NCBI GenBank assembly: GCA_964016885.1
Contig: OZ024742.1
Span: 355,198,001-355,262,000 of the forward strand
Reading direction: 5' to 3'
Source of the DNA: Eledone cirrhosa
Taxonomy: Eukaryota
DNA: 64,000 nucleotides
Shown: piece by piece, positions 26,010 to 40,505 of the stretch
Position numbering within the stretch: the stretch's first letter is position 1
Layout of the letters: the number at the start of each line of letters is the position of its first letter
Program-made: the position numbers and the translations under genes
The notes under the pieces: model-generated
The model's input: only the letters and a program-made list of their open reading frames with translations
The model's database searches: none
What the model was told of the DNA's origin: nothing

Positions 26010-29000
26010 TATTTATTAAAATAACAGATTAAAGTTTAAGCAAAGAATCGCTGCTTTCACCCTTAACGGAATCTTCTGAGACTAACAAAGTCAATCTGTA
26101 AACGCAGAACTGGGTATTTCAAAAAACGTTGCAACCAGAGGAAGACAGGAAGACGATACTTTGGTTCGTGGAAACGTTCGCTGGCAAAGAACGGGAAAAA
26201 ACGAATAGTACGTCATTAATAGGAGCGGTGAAAAACAATTACGCGCAAATACAGAACCACGTTTATGGTATAAAAGAGGTCGTAGACTAATGTTCTCTTA
26301 GGTGGTGCATAGAGACGTTCTCTGGCAATTCGATAATCCGCGAAAAGCAGACTACAAATAGGATAAATTTGGATTTAAAACCTATAATAACCCTCCGTGG
26401 AACCCATGCACGTGCACGTCCATTCCGACAAAACTGGCAACCTATATCAAGTGGAGCGCAGTACTTACCATCAACTACTACATAATGCTCTAACTAAGGA
26501 TTACCGTAAAACTAATCGGTGTGTTATCAATGAAATCAACGATGCTGGGTTTAAAATCACATCTGATCTCAACATCCTGGACCGGACCGAACCTCTGGAC
26601 CCTATCTCTCCCCACTTTACCCTGAAGGATCACAAATCCAATTTTCCGAACAACCCCTCTATTCGGCTTATTAACCCTACGAAGTCCGATTTAGGTAGAC
26701 TTAGTAAAATGATTCTTGCTAGAATTATACCTGAAATTAGAAGTTTGGCCCCTCTCGCACTGTGGAACCATTTTTCGCGGTGATTAATTGGTTCAACGGC
26801 ATATGTAACAAGGAACATTGCCGTTTTATCCAATTCGACATCAACAATTACTACTCCTCCATCATATTACCACTTCTCCTTACAGATATCAATTTCGCTA
26901 AAACACTCACAGTGGTTAAGGATTTCGAAGTTGATGTCATCCTTAATGCCCGAAAGTCGGTGATTAATTTCGACGACTCTATTTGGATTAACAAATCCAA
27001 TAGTACCCCGTTCGACGTGAGTATGGACGCCAGTGACTCTGCGGAGGTTACTGATCTTATTTGCATGTTCTCTATCCAGGACGAATTCCCCAACGCGGGC
27101 GGTGGTTTGTACCGTGACGACGGTCTTTTGACCATGACTAAGTGCGGACCTCGTGCTTGCGACAGGTTCAGAAAAGAACTCACAGCCGTCTTTAAAGGCT
27201 TCAACCTCTCTATACAGGTTGAGGCCAATCTCTCGGTCGTTAGTTACCTCGACGTTACCCTCAATTAATTGAATGGGTTGTATTGCCCGTATAGAAAGCC
27301 GAATGATACGCTTAATTACATAAGTAAGCATTCCAACCATCCTGCCAGCATAACCAAGAACCTGGTAAGAAACGTTTCGTTGAGGCTTTCCCGTCTTTCC
27401 ACCAACGAGCGTATTTTCAACGACCATTCCACTTATTACAATGAAGCTCTTGCTCGAAGTGGATTTGTCGATAAGGTAGCATATACAGGGTACGAAAATA
27501 GACCTAGAAGAAATAGATCCCGCCGCATGTGTTGGTATAACCCACCACATAATATGGAGGTGGCCACACCATTAGCTAAGATCTTTCTTTCCATTATTAC
27601 GAAGCATTTTCCTCCTACACATAAATATAGTAACATTTTTAATAGAAATACCATTAAAATGTCTTACTCTACGACTCCTAACCTTGCACATAACATCACA
27701 GCTTCAAATTTAGCTAAACTACCTAGCCGTTTGAACACGTGCAACGCTGTAGTTAGTACTAACTCTAACTGTAGGAATCGGGCTTATTGCCCCCTATCCG
27801 GGAAATGTCACTCAAGTAACATTGTCTACAAATGTAAGGTTGTAACACCCACGTCCCGTAGAGCCTACATAGGGTTTACCGCCAAAAGTTTCAAGCAGCG
27901 TCTTTACATGCATACCCATTCTTTCGTTACCCTCTAAGAAGGAATATGACGTCACTTTCAGCTTATATCTGGAGTCTAAAAGACAACCACACCCAATATA
28001 AGTTACACTGGGAGATCCTAGCTAGGGCTAGATCGTATAACGGAAATAAAAAACCATGTGACCTCTGCGCCGCTGAGGCCCTGGAAATACTCTACGCCAC
28101 AGACCACATCTTAAACAAAAGATCTGAGGCAATTTCGGCTTGTAAACATAAATTGCACAAAACCTTCCTGTATTACAGCCCCACGTTATACCCTAACGGA
28201 TAACACGATCTATACGTAGATATTTTACGCCTTGGTGTGGGAGCTAAGTATATGTTTTGCTTATTCCTTTACTTATTTGCATAGGTAAGTATATATTACC
28301 CGTATGTTTTGTGAAGGTACGTATACCTTCTCGTACGTATATTTGACTATTATGGCGTATAATCTTGACATATTCTGGTATTTAGGGTTTGGCTATGTGT
28401 ATACGGGAGTTTTGCGTCTGCGTGAGTATGCAGGTTCGTACGTATGGCGGGTGTGTGTATATGTGTACTTCTTGTTTTAGTTGACTTACGTCTCCGAAAA
28501 TTCGTGTATTTATTTGTAGGTATGTGTGTTCGCTTGTTATATACGTATTTATTTACTTATATACGTTTATATAATTATTGATTTATTTCTACACACGCAT
28601 ACACACACACACACATATTTATATGTGCGTGGGTTTGTATACCTACGGTAAGGGTTTGCGCATGCTTGTGTATGTACGTATCTGTTTGCGTGTATGTATA
28701 TATTTGTTTCTATTACTTCTGTATTGTATTTATTTACTTTGTTCCTAACTCTGTAGCGGAGATTCATTTGGTCTCCTAGTCAGGATTTTAGTCTACAACT
28801 TCTGCTATACCATTTACGTGGTTTTGTCTTTGCGTGCTATTGTACTCCACGCTCCACATATGACTTATTATCTTTCTTTTTTCGTTCATTGCCAGAGAAC
28901 GTCTCTATGCACCACCTAAGATAACATTAGTCTACGACCTCTTTTATACCATAAACGTGGTTCTGTATTTGCGCGTAATTGTTTTTCACCGCTCCTATTA

Positions 29001-29290
29001 ATGACGTACTATTCGTTTTTTCCCGTTCTTTGCCAGCGAACGTTTCCACGAACCAAAGTATCGTCTTCCTGTCTTCCTCTGGTTGCAACGTTTTTTGAAA
29101 TATCCAGTTCTGCGTTCACAGATTGACTCTGTCAGTTTCAGAAGAACCCGTTAAGGGTGAAAGCAGCGATTCTTTGCTTAAACCTTAATCTGTTATTTTA
29201 AGAAATATTTGCTCTACTGTTCTTATATATTTGATATATATTTTCGTTATCGAGCCCTCTCTGGATTTTAGTCTTCAATTTTATTATTAT
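26010..29290 (+). mobile_element. PLE copy 2 of the YRDD-type family as foldback: arms ~26010-26329 and 28888-29207, tail to ~29290
   Basis: ~320 bp inverted repeat; the internal sequence is colinear with 2208-4700. Confidence 0.93.
26330..28203 (+). pseudogene. PLE RT plus GIY-YIG, 5'-truncated and frameshifted
   Basis: HSDKTGNLY, TLKDHK..IRLINPTKSDLG, GGLYRDDGL, YLDVTLN, PYRKPN, NIVYKC..YIGFT, CDLCAAE; ~120 bp deletion relative to copy 1 near 26406. Confidence 0.93.
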
Positions 29291-29331
<41 letters not shown>

Positions 29332-29379
29332 AATAAAATATATTTATTAAATGTATATATGTATATATATACATACATA

Positions 29380-29488
<109 letters not shown>

Positions 29489-30004
29489 TTGCGAGGTTTT
29501 TTATATGAAATCGTGTGTCGAAAAAAATATTGTTATACTTGGGGAGGGTCATATTTGTGTAATATTGCCTGAATTAATAAAAGAACACACTCACTGTTTG
29601 GTTGGTTTTCGCTTCTCGCTGTCTTTTATATCGGTAATCTAACTTACTCGGTCCTCAATGTTGCAATTGACTGACCGACGGGCAAAAGTAATACGGATAC
29701 AATATAGACACAAACACATATATATAGTTTATCATAAATCTTTCTTTGCACATCTGCAACATCGTCAGTGGTGTTATATTTTCCTCCTGTTGTGTTGTAT
29801 GTCTACGCCATTTTTTATTCAGTCTGTCTATACATTTATTTATTTATTTGCTTGTTTGTTTATTTTATTTTGTTTTCTTTGCGCATACGTTTGCGTGTGT
29901 GTATATTGTTATGTTTGCTGTGTGATGGGTGACTAGTGTGTGTTTATGTGCTTGTTGTTATTGTGCTTGTGTATGTATTTATTTATCTTATTTTATTTAC
30001 TTAT

Positions 30005-31810
30005 ATGGTTATACTCAATGGTTATACGCCCCATAATCAAGATGTCCCCAGATGTATGTGACAGTACAGAGGACCTCCTCGGCAGAATCAGTGAGTGCAA
30101 CAAAAACAGGAGCCTATCCAACTGCATAATAGGCAGCATGGATGTGGTGTCACTGTACCCATCCATTAACATTGATTTTGCTGTGAAAAGATGTGTGGAG
30201 ATGATCATTGAGAGTGAGGTGGAGTTCTGCGACGTCGACACAGACGAATTGGGCCTCCTACTTAGACTTACCTACGACACTGACTACCTAGACAGCCATG
30301 ACCTTAGATGTTTCTGCCCTAGTAGACCTATATGAGGTAGCCCCCTCACCACAACCTCAATGGCAAAAAAGACTCCCATGGGAAGGTGGATTGGGTGGAC
30401 CAAAGCTATACGGACCCCCCAAAACAATGATCAGGTAAGAAAAATGGTCGCACATGCAATAGGGGCTAGTATCAAAACTACCCTAAAGGGCCACATATTT
30501 AAGTTCAATGAGCAAATCTACTCCCAAAATGAGGGCGCAGCCATCGGTGTCAGCATAGCTGGTGATGTTGCCAACCTTTTCATGGTATGGTGGCAAAGGA
30601 GACTTAAAGATTTCCTTAAAGAAAGCTCCATAGACCTCATCATATACTCTCGTTATGTAGACGATATCAATATAGTTATAAGACCAACCCCACTAGAGAG
30701 CACTAACAAGTTTGATTTAGAACGTAGCACGATGGAAAGCATCCAGCAGATAGCTAATTCCATACACCAGAGTATAACTGTAACTATTGACTTCCCTTCC
30801 AAACACCCTAACAATAGACTACCTGTATTAGACACAGATCTCTGGATTAACACTATAGATGAGAGAGCCCAAATTCTCCACTCACACTATGCTAAACCCA
30901 TGGCCTCCAAATACCTGATACTCAAAAGCTCGGCAATGTCCAGTAGTGCTAAGTTTAATATTCTGATCGCAGATTTGGTACGAGTGATGAAGAATGTGTC
31001 CCGCATGTGCGACCAAACAGAAATGGAAAGACACATCCAACACTTCATCAACCGCATGCAGTTCTCTGGCTACAACCAAAGAGAGAGAGTCAGAGTATAC
31101 GAAGTAGCCTTGGAAAAGTATAAGACCCTCATAGAACTGGACATGAAAGGAATTTGCCCATTATACAGGAGCCAATCATGGAATAGCTTAGATAGAGCTA
31201 GGCATAAGATAGGGAAAGCCACATCATGGTCCGACAACCAGAGATACCAGAGTGTCATGTTTGTGGACGCCACCCCTGGAGGGAAATTAGCTAACCAGTG
31301 TAGAAAGGCCCTGAGAAAGACCCACTTAAAAATAAAGGTGGTAGAAAAGCCAGGAACCACCATAATATCCCTGATCAGAAAAACCTACCCTTTTAAGAAA
31401 ACCTACTGTACCAATAGGAAATGTATCATATGAAAGGTGAACCCCCGGATAAACTGTAAAACTAGAAACGTAGTCAATAGCATAAGATGTACAGGGGTAC
31501 TTGCAGAAACGTGACAACACCATACATAGGTGAGACAGCTCGTAGCATACGTGAAAGGATAGACCAACACTGGGGGGAACTAAAAGGACGAAAAAACGGG
31601 TCAGTACTATACGAACATGCTAGACAACAACATGACGGTAACATAGACAACATAGAAATTAGAATAATATCTAAACATAGAAATGACCCAGCAGATAGAC
31701 AAATCAGAGAGGCCAGTGAAATAGAAATTAGAAGACCAAAGCTAAACAGAAAGAATGAATGGAATAACAACAACACCCAAACAAACAACACTGACCTAAG
31801 AGAAGTATAA
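30005..31810 (+). pseudogene. PLE RT, Cys linker and GIY-YIG, 5'-truncated
   Basis: STEDLL, GSMDVVSLYPSI, GAAIGVSIAGDVANLFMVWW, YSRYVDDI, LPVLDT, HYAKPMAS, YIGETARSIRERIDQH, RQIREA..PKLNRKNEW; TGA at 30333 and 31431, frameshift near 31495. Confidence 0.93.
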
Positions 31811-32044
31811 ATAAGTAAATAAAATAAGATAAATAAATACATACACAAGCACAATAACAACAAGCACATAAACACACACTAGTCACCCATCACACAGCAA
31901 ACATAACACTATACACACACGCAAACGCATGCGCAAAGAAGACAAAATAAAATAAACAAACAAGCAAATAAATAAATAAATATATAGACAGACTGAATAA
32001 AAAATGGCGTAGACATACAACACAACAGGAGGAAAATATAACAC

Positions 32045-32082
32045 CACTGACGATGTTGCAGATGTGCAACGAAAGATTTATG
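32045..32082 (+). ncRNA. Minimal hammerhead ribozyme motif (mirror copy at ~29732-29770)
   Basis: ca-CTGACGA-t-gttgca gatg tgcaac-GAAA-gatt-TA-tg. Confidence 0.65.
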
Positions 32083-32279
32083 ATAAACTATATATATGTG
32101 TTTGTGTCTATATTGTATCTGTATTATTTTTGACCGTCGGTCAGTCAATGGCAACATTGAGGACCGAGTAAGTTAGATTACCGATATAAAAGACAGCGAG
32201 AAGCGAAAACCAACCAAACAGTGAGTGTGTTCTGTTATTAATTCTGGCAATATTACACAAATATGACCCTCCCCAAGTA

Positions 32280-32377
<98 letters not shown>

Positions 32378-32426
32378 TAATATAATATACATACATATAT
32401 ACATATATATATACACACACATATAT

Positions 32427-33698
32427 AAATAAGTTAAAACAATGGAATAAAAAAATCAAATCATTAGAGATATACTTCACTGCTTTACGGTCGTTTCTAG
32501 GTGGTGATAATACATTGTATCTATACTCAGTTATTGATCCATGTAAGTTTACAAACTATCAGATAGAGAGAATATTTACTTACATGCTTATCACCAAATG
32601 TTTTCACAAGCAATAATCATTTTATTCAATAATAATTTTACTCAGAATTAGTATCATGTCCATATTTGGAGGTAGTTGAAGAATTAACGAATCAAATAGC
32701 GTTTTTCATAAGATGAACAGTAATACACTTTAGTTGAGGTCATGACCCTTTGAAAGGAATGGTTGAAAGGTGTTAGTAGAAATGGCATAAACATATATTA
32801 GGAAGGAAGGGGATTGTAAAACTGATAGTTGAATGCATCTTGTATAGTGAATTTAAAAGGAATATCAAAATAAATGTTGATTAGTGTTGTATTGAGTTTT
32901 AAGGTGAATATAAATTAATGTTATGGCTAGGAAAGATAGTATATTAGAAGATGAAAATTATAATAAGATAATGTGATATACTAATGCGATAATATACAAC
33001 TTAACCAACAGCATATAGTACGGTGTGGTAAATTGCATTTAGTATAATATAACATATTATAAGCTCTAAAATATTACTAAGTATGTTTATGCATAAACAA
33101 TCAAACTCAGATAAGTACATGTTGGCATAGTTAAAACACATAAAATTCGTAGTCCACAAAGTACACATATTCACACCACATATAGAGAGAGGTACAGTTA
33201 TATTGATATCTAACCAAAATATACATACGTGCAAATAGATGCAAACCTAGATACACATCCACACGCATGCATATAATAATACGCATATAATCACACGCAT
33301 ATAATGACACGCATGCATATAATCATATATATACATTTCATATATATACAATTCTCAGTAAAATTATTATTGAATACAATTGTTATTGCTTTTGAAAACA
33401 GCTGGTGATATGCATGTAAGTAAATATTCTCTCTATCTGATAGTTCGTAAACTTACATAGATCAATAACTGAGTATAGATACAATGTATTATCACCATCT
33501 AGAAACGACCGTAAAGCAGTGAAGTATATCTCTGACTTGATTTTTTTATTTCATTGTTTTAACTCATATCATGACTCTGTTATCATTTTAATGTTTTATT
33601 GTTTTCTGAGATTTATCTTAACCTACAACATTTTCAACATATGGATTACATTGAGTTCTTCATACAGAATAGACCCCACAACTTACAGTGGATACCTC

Positions 33699-33700
<2 letters not shown>
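32427..33700. mobile_element. Non-coding foldback insertion: arms ~32427-32649 and 33350-33569, ~130 bp tail
   Basis: ~220 bp inverted repeat between microsatellites; the tail is homologous to 47468-47602. Confidence 0.8.
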
Positions 33701-33742
<42 letters not shown>

Positions 33743-34559
33743 CATGAAATACTTATCGAAAGATGTTGTTTTAGAAACTTATTCCTCCAAGAATATTGGT
33801 GGCAGTAATAGAAAATTAACATCGTGTTCATACAAAATTGTTTTCTCAATTTGTTTTTCGATTTCATCCGCCAATTTACAATGTATACAAATTGAGTGCG
33901 TGCTATCGGCTGAATTATTCTGACAGTATTTAAATTGTAATGTGCGCATAACACACAGCAGCCATTTTTATGCAAACAACTAGAACACCGCACTGTACTC
34001 ACTATAATTTTCAGTCAGTGGACTTAGCTGCTTTGGGATTTGCAACTAGAAAATGGCCAATAAATACGAGAACCTGTTCAAAGTATTTCAGCGCAAAATT
34101 TAGCAATCATATTTCAACTTCAATAAATTTCTATCAAAATGTTTCTCCATGTTTTGCAGATTTCATAGTCATTACAATCCCGTGTTTGCATGAATATACC
34201 TGGTAGTCAACGTGATATGATTTCGACGAATCCGATGCGCCAAGCTTATATCCAATGATCTTATTCATTATCGGTCACAAAATGTCAGGCAAACCTGACT
34301 TTGTTGTCTTCTGATTCGGTGCTTCATGAACGGTGGCACCTAAAAGTTACAACCTGGAAACGAATCCCTATATAGAAGAAAATTGTATCAAACAACTGAA
34401 ATACAATTTATAGCAAATAAATATTAAAAAATCAACACATTCATGAAAAAACAAAAATATTGTGCAGAAACAAAGGAAATCTAAAATGTCCAACACTTAA
34501 AATGTACGGTGGTACGAGTTCCTGAATAAGAAGTAAAGTTACAGAATCAAGATATTCGG

Positions 34560-35420
34560 AATTCAGCGGCAACACTTTCAACATCAGACGGAATTATCCT
34601 TTCTCATTTGTAGGAAGTAGATCCCTCATCTAGGATGCCACATGTGATGACACTATCTCCGCCTCTAACTTAGTCGTTACGGCCAAAAACTACGGTACTG
34701 CGGCCAGCATTGCCAAACAAAGGAAGGCAATCACATACCGCTCGCATGTCAAACATGCGGCCCTTTACATACACACCTGCGACCTACACAAAGGTTTTTA
34801 CCGTGCGAGCATGTTTTATCTTCGTAATATAAATTAAAAACAATATGTTATAATGTGCGCGCTTTGTTGTCGAGTGTGGCCCTTAGACAATACATATGTG
34901 ACCATTAGACAATACATATTTGACCCATGTGGCCCTCGGTGGACCCTCAGTTTCACATGCCTGATATACCGGGGATTGTCCGGAAGCATCCTCTTCGCGC
35001 CGCTCACCTTTGAAACCTCACGTGTTCTCGGAATTCGTAAAGTCGAGCTCCTCCGCATGACCAAAACGACCGTAGCCCATCTGAGAAAGGCTTGAGAGAG
35101 GGATTGGCTGTTGCAATGGGGGTCGCTGGGCATTCTATACGTAAATGCTTTTGCGCTCATGTCCGCAGGGCGAAATACCAACGCCGTTTTGCCCTAGGCC
35201 CAGAGCCTATCATCCTATCCCCTCCCCCTCCATTTCTTATGTGGACCGAGAGACCTTGATTACACCTATTTTTCTTCTCATTTATTTATTTCATAGTCCT
35301 TTCCTCTACATTCCCATACAGCTAGATCTGCCCTAACTTAACACTTTCACATTTTCTCATTACTTAATTTTACTTTTATCTTTCTTTCTAATTTTTATTT
35401 ATGTTTTGAAAATAAACTTC
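34560..35420 (+). mobile_element. Probable decayed LINE 3' portion
   Basis: GC-rich segment followed by a pyrimidine-rich tail; C-terminal peptide similar to 19370-19640. Confidence 0.35.
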
Positions 35421-35602
35421 CTATATAGATAGCTTTACATTACAAACACAATTGCCATAGCTGTAAACATTCAAGATATGTCTCTATTTCATAGTTACAT
35501 AAATAATACACATAAAAATATGTACAGTAGTACAGACATTCAACAAATTCTTATTCCACAGATTAACATATCAAAACTCCACCCCAAATATGCATCACTA
35601 AC

Positions 35603-35793
35603 AATTGTTTCTACTTTTGGCACAAGGCCAGCAATTTAATCAGTGTATTACTGGTACTTCAATTTATCGACCCCGTAAGGATGAAAGGCAAAGTTAACCA
35701 CGGCGGGATTTGATCTCAGATTATTAAGGGACGTAACTCTCTGCTTCAAAGCATCGCATCCAACCCGCTACCGATACTGCCGTACCACCGCCC
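35603..35793 (-). mobile_element. SINE family A
   Basis: Full-length reverse-complement match. Confidence 0.85.
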
Positions 35794-36699
35794 TGTCATC
35801 GGTAATAATGAACGCCCACAACAATATTAAACCAGCTCCATACACAGCAGATATAAAATCCATCATCTTACAGTCCTGCACTTAAACAAAAAACAAAGAA
35901 AATACACCATATATATAGAGAGAAGGGTAAGTATTAGCATCCAATATACACACAAAGCAAACTGCAGAACACAATACTGAGTAATGAACTCCTACTGAAG
36001 TAACAGACACATCATACCTCATGTGACAATATATTCAGACTATAAATCCACAAAACACATAACTTTCTCAGATTCCTGAAATATATGTAGCCATAGGACA
36101 GACCTGGCTGCATGGGAAATAGTGAGGTGTAAATCAGGGAATCTAGGGCCATATAAAAAGGGCGATGGCCTAGGGTACGGTGATGTTGGAGCTGGCCCTG
36201 CAGAGAATCACCAGCGACACCAAAGTATAACGTGGACTGAAATTTAAAAAATACGCAATCTTAAAGAACGATTTTAGTATCCATTTATAAGAATGTGAAA
36301 GACCAACAGGGAATGTATCAGGCCTTGTAAACCTAGCCCACATATCTTATTGCATACAGAAGCACCTTCTCGTGAACAGGGGTTGTAGAGAGTACACTAC
36401 ACAGAGACTGTTTCTTTGATGCACACAATGACTGCATGCTGGTGTGAACAGTTGCATCCCTATTTTTACAAATGTTGTGCTGTAATTGAACAAAAGAAAA
36501 CATACTTAAGATTATGCACCGAAAAATATCACTTAACTAGCAGATCTTTAGCAGGGTTCCCATATAAGATCTATAACTGAAAAGTCACTTGATGACTAAC
36601 CACTGCTTAAACGAGTTTCATATTGATATATGCATAACATATACCATTCTTTCAGATATAATATTAAAATTAAAATACACCTTCAATAATTAAATATAC

Positions 36700-36850
36700 C
36701 GGCTTCTGTTTGAGGTACAAGGCCAAACATTTCGGTGGGAGGGGAAAGCTGATGAAATCAACTCCGCCGCATTACTGTTGCTTTATTTTATCGACTCCGT
36801 AGTGATGAAATGCAAAGCTAACAATGTCAGAATTTGAAACGAGATCATAA
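36700..36850 (-). mobile_element. Old SINE family A-related copy
   Basis: Degenerate match (ttattttatcgactccgtagtgatgaaatgcaaag). Confidence 0.55.
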
Positions 36851-36937
36851 ATTAAATATAATTGTAAGGGAAATCATGTTGCTCGACACCAATACTGACA
36901 ATCCATCTCCTTGATAAGTATATATAACAAGTCGCTT

Positions 36938-37284
36938 GCGGTGGATTGGCAGTATCGGTAGAGGGTCGGACGCCATGCTTTGCAGCACAGTTACGTCCCT
37001 TTACGGACTGAGTTCAAATCCCGCCGATGTTAACTTTGCCTTTCATCCTTACGGGGGTCGATAAAAATAATGTACCAGTAATACACTGGATAATTGCTGG
37101 CCTTGTGCCAAAAGTAGAAACAATTAAATAGTGGGTTAATGTGCAGTGGATTGGCAGTATCGGTATAGCGTCTGGTTCCCTGCTCTCTGCCCTATATTTA
37201 CGGCCCTTTTCGCTCTGAAATTGCGCCAAGGTTAGCTTTACATTTTATCCTTACGGGGTCGATGCAATAAATTGCTGCCCTTGT
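36938..37284 (+). mobile_element. Two tandem SINE family A copies (36938-37125 full; 37143-37284 internally deleted)
   Basis: Both begin gc(g/a)gtggattggcagtatcggta and end ttgtgccaaa.gtag. Confidence 0.85.
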
Positions 37285-37759
37285 GCCAAACGTAGGACAA
37301 TTATTCAATACACCAAATAGTTCTGTTAACATATGTGTTTTGAAATTTAAAAAACTAAACACGTAGTGTGTGAATGTGTTGCATTACTTCCTTACAATTC
37401 TCTGTTGCATTTAAATATTAAACTTACGTTTTAATCAATCATTTTTATGAAAACAAAACTACGCTTTTTTTCTGAATATTTGACGGTTCTTCGTATTCTT
37501 CATTTTGCCAATAAGACAATTCTCATTTTTTTTTATAAATGCCTTAATTTAATACGAGTTTCAGTAATTCGTCGTGCATTGTAACAAACAATACATTGTT
37601 ATTTATATCAATCTTAACCCCTCACCCTCTCTAACTGACACACTCACATTTATATTTATTTATTCAGACCCATAGGAATTCATTTCTCCTTCCCACATAC
37701 TAATAGAGGAATGTTTTATGGTAGGTTATTGTAATGACATGGAGTGTGTGTAACATATT

Positions 37760-37915
37760 GGTTTCTCATATAGGCACTATGCCAGCAATTTGGGGTGAAC
37801 GCAAAGTCGATTAAATCGACTACAGTGCGTGACTGGTACTTTATTTTATCGTCGCGATTTGAACTCAGATCATTAACGGCCAAACCCTCTACCGATACTG
37901 CTAATCCACCACCCT
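37760..37915 (-). mobile_element. SINE family A variant with 17-bp TSD
   Basis: agtgtgtgtaacatatt at 37743-37759 and 37916-37932. Confidence 0.85.
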
Positions 37916-38953
37916 AGTGTGTGTAACATATTAGAATGTATACCCGATGCTGAACTTCCGTTGTCTTTTTAGATAGAAATAAAATACTGTTGCCTGCTTT
38001 CTTTAGCGATTAGAAGATATTTCATCAGGAAATCTTACAATTCTAACAATCATATCGGTTTATATTGACATTTGGTCTTTTCTTACTTATGTTTGATAGA
38101 ATATAGTATTCATTCAGTACTGGGGTCGATACGCTGAATTTACTTCCCTATAAATGTGTGGTCCAGTGTCAATGTAGGAAATTATCTTTGATATAAGCGA
38201 CGTTGTACCACATGAACACACATCTGGAAGCATGTTAATTTATAGAAGCTTATCTGCGCACAAACCGAAGTTGATTTCCATATATATGAGAAGATGTGTT
38301 TCACACTCAGTAGTATATGCAGTTGGTGAAAGCCGAACACGTCCATGTGGCTTTGCCAGAAACAAATATATTGTGAGCAAATATATTTAGTGTATTTACG
38401 TGTATTTACTGCGATGTATGGTGCGAATTGTTATCCTCGTGCTAAACATTTTAACACATCTTTACATTACTCCGTATAATAGACAACAATAAGAATTAAT
38501 TCTATTCCCTAGAGATGGTTGCTAACAATAATGTACAGTTATAATATACCCGTGGCATCTAGGAATATGTCACCTAACATATAATTTATATTGCGGTATT
38601 TAGGTATGAACTTAGGTGGTTGAATTATATGTATATACATTTTTACCGACAATATAGCACTGATGAAATAAATACTAGAAAAATTATTGAAATATCTGAG
38701 AAAAAAAGCCCGTGTTAAAAATAAGGCGATATATTAGATAAAACGCTGAGTTATAACAGATTTTAGTGAAGAATGAAAACGTGCTTACTTTGCATCAGTT
38801 TGTCGCCAGTAAGAAAAAAAAAGAACCTTTTGTAGGGATATACTAAATAAATGTTTATGTTAATGTTTGTATAATTTGATTTATTTTTCTGGTATCGACC
38901 GCTTCAAAAGACATATATACTTCTAAGTATTATATTCCCAACCATCATATATA

Positions 38954-39140
38954 ATAATTGTTTCTACTTTTGTCACAACGCTCGGAATTACCCAGTCTAT
39001 TACTGGTACTTTATTGTATCGCCCCCGTAAAGATGAAAGGCAAAGTTAACCTCGGCGGGATTTGAACTCAGAATAGCAAGGGCCGTAACTCCATGCTTCA
39101 AAGCATGGCATCCGACCCACTACCGATCCCGCCAACTCGC
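38954..39140 (-). mobile_element. SINE family A
   Basis: Reverse-complement match. Confidence 0.85.
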
Positions 39141-39839
39141 GGTAAGCATCAATCGCCTTAATTATTAATGTGAAGTTATGCAATGTATAACTTAAGATAA
39201 AATGTGTTATTTTGTATATAATTATACATAAAATGTGACAGATTTCAGTTAATTCATAATTCCAGTAGGTTTAGATATACGAGTATAATAAACAAGTCAC
39301 ATAATGTACACCACAACACCTTTTAATGAGGCCCGAATAACTACATAACGTGCATTAACTTTTAGCTAGTAGCAATTAAAGTGCGCAGGGTTGACAAATA
39401 TACATGTACAAATGTAGTGTGTACTAAGGGGGTACACTCAAGAAGTTTTGAAACATTTTCTTTGGGGGCACATTTAATTGACCTACGTAACTGTCGCTCT
39501 AATACATGTTTGATATGACTATAATGAGGTAGCCTGCCAAATTTCGTATTTCCAGGTTGTCGTTTGAGGCCACTACAGCAATGTACACACTACCAGTCAC
39601 GCATGTAATGTCAGAGCTGACTGGTTCCAGAATGCAGTTATGATGTGTCAAACTCGTATATGTGTATAGATTTGATCTTTCATTTATGTCTTTCAATATT
39701 CAAGGTTAAGGGACGTCTCTGTGAGCTTCATAGCTTTTATTTTTATATATCAATGCCGGCTCGGTTTGTATAAATAGTCAACCCCTGATCATTAGCTGTA
39801 TTCTGATCGATACTTACAAAGTTTAAAGATATGTATATA

Positions 39840-40031
39840 TATTGTTTCTACTTTTGGCACAAGGCCAACAATTATTCCAGTGTATTACTGGTACTATATT
39901 TTATCGAACCCGTAAGGTTGAAAGGCAAAGTTAACCTCGGCGGGATTTGAACTCAGAACGTAAAGGGTCTTAACTCCTTGCTGCAAAACATGGCGTCCGA
40001 CCCTCTACAAATACTGCCAATCCACCGCCCT
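39840..40031 (-). mobile_element. SINE family A with TSD
   Basis: aagatatgtata at 39826-39837 and 40032-40043. Confidence 0.88.
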
Positions 40032-40059
40032 AAGATATGTATACATATATTGTCATTTC

Positions 40060-40505
<446 letters not shown>

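Noticed and set aside
30333-30335. TGA in the Naiad-like RT as a selenocysteine codon
   Set aside because: Not at an evident Cys position; more simply a CGA-to-TGA decay.
34201-34368. Minus-strand AG..GT bounded exon or transposase remnant
   Set aside because: Stops in all three frames and no convincing motif.
39422-39460. Mariner-like TIR
   Set aside because: No partner TIR or transposase visible.
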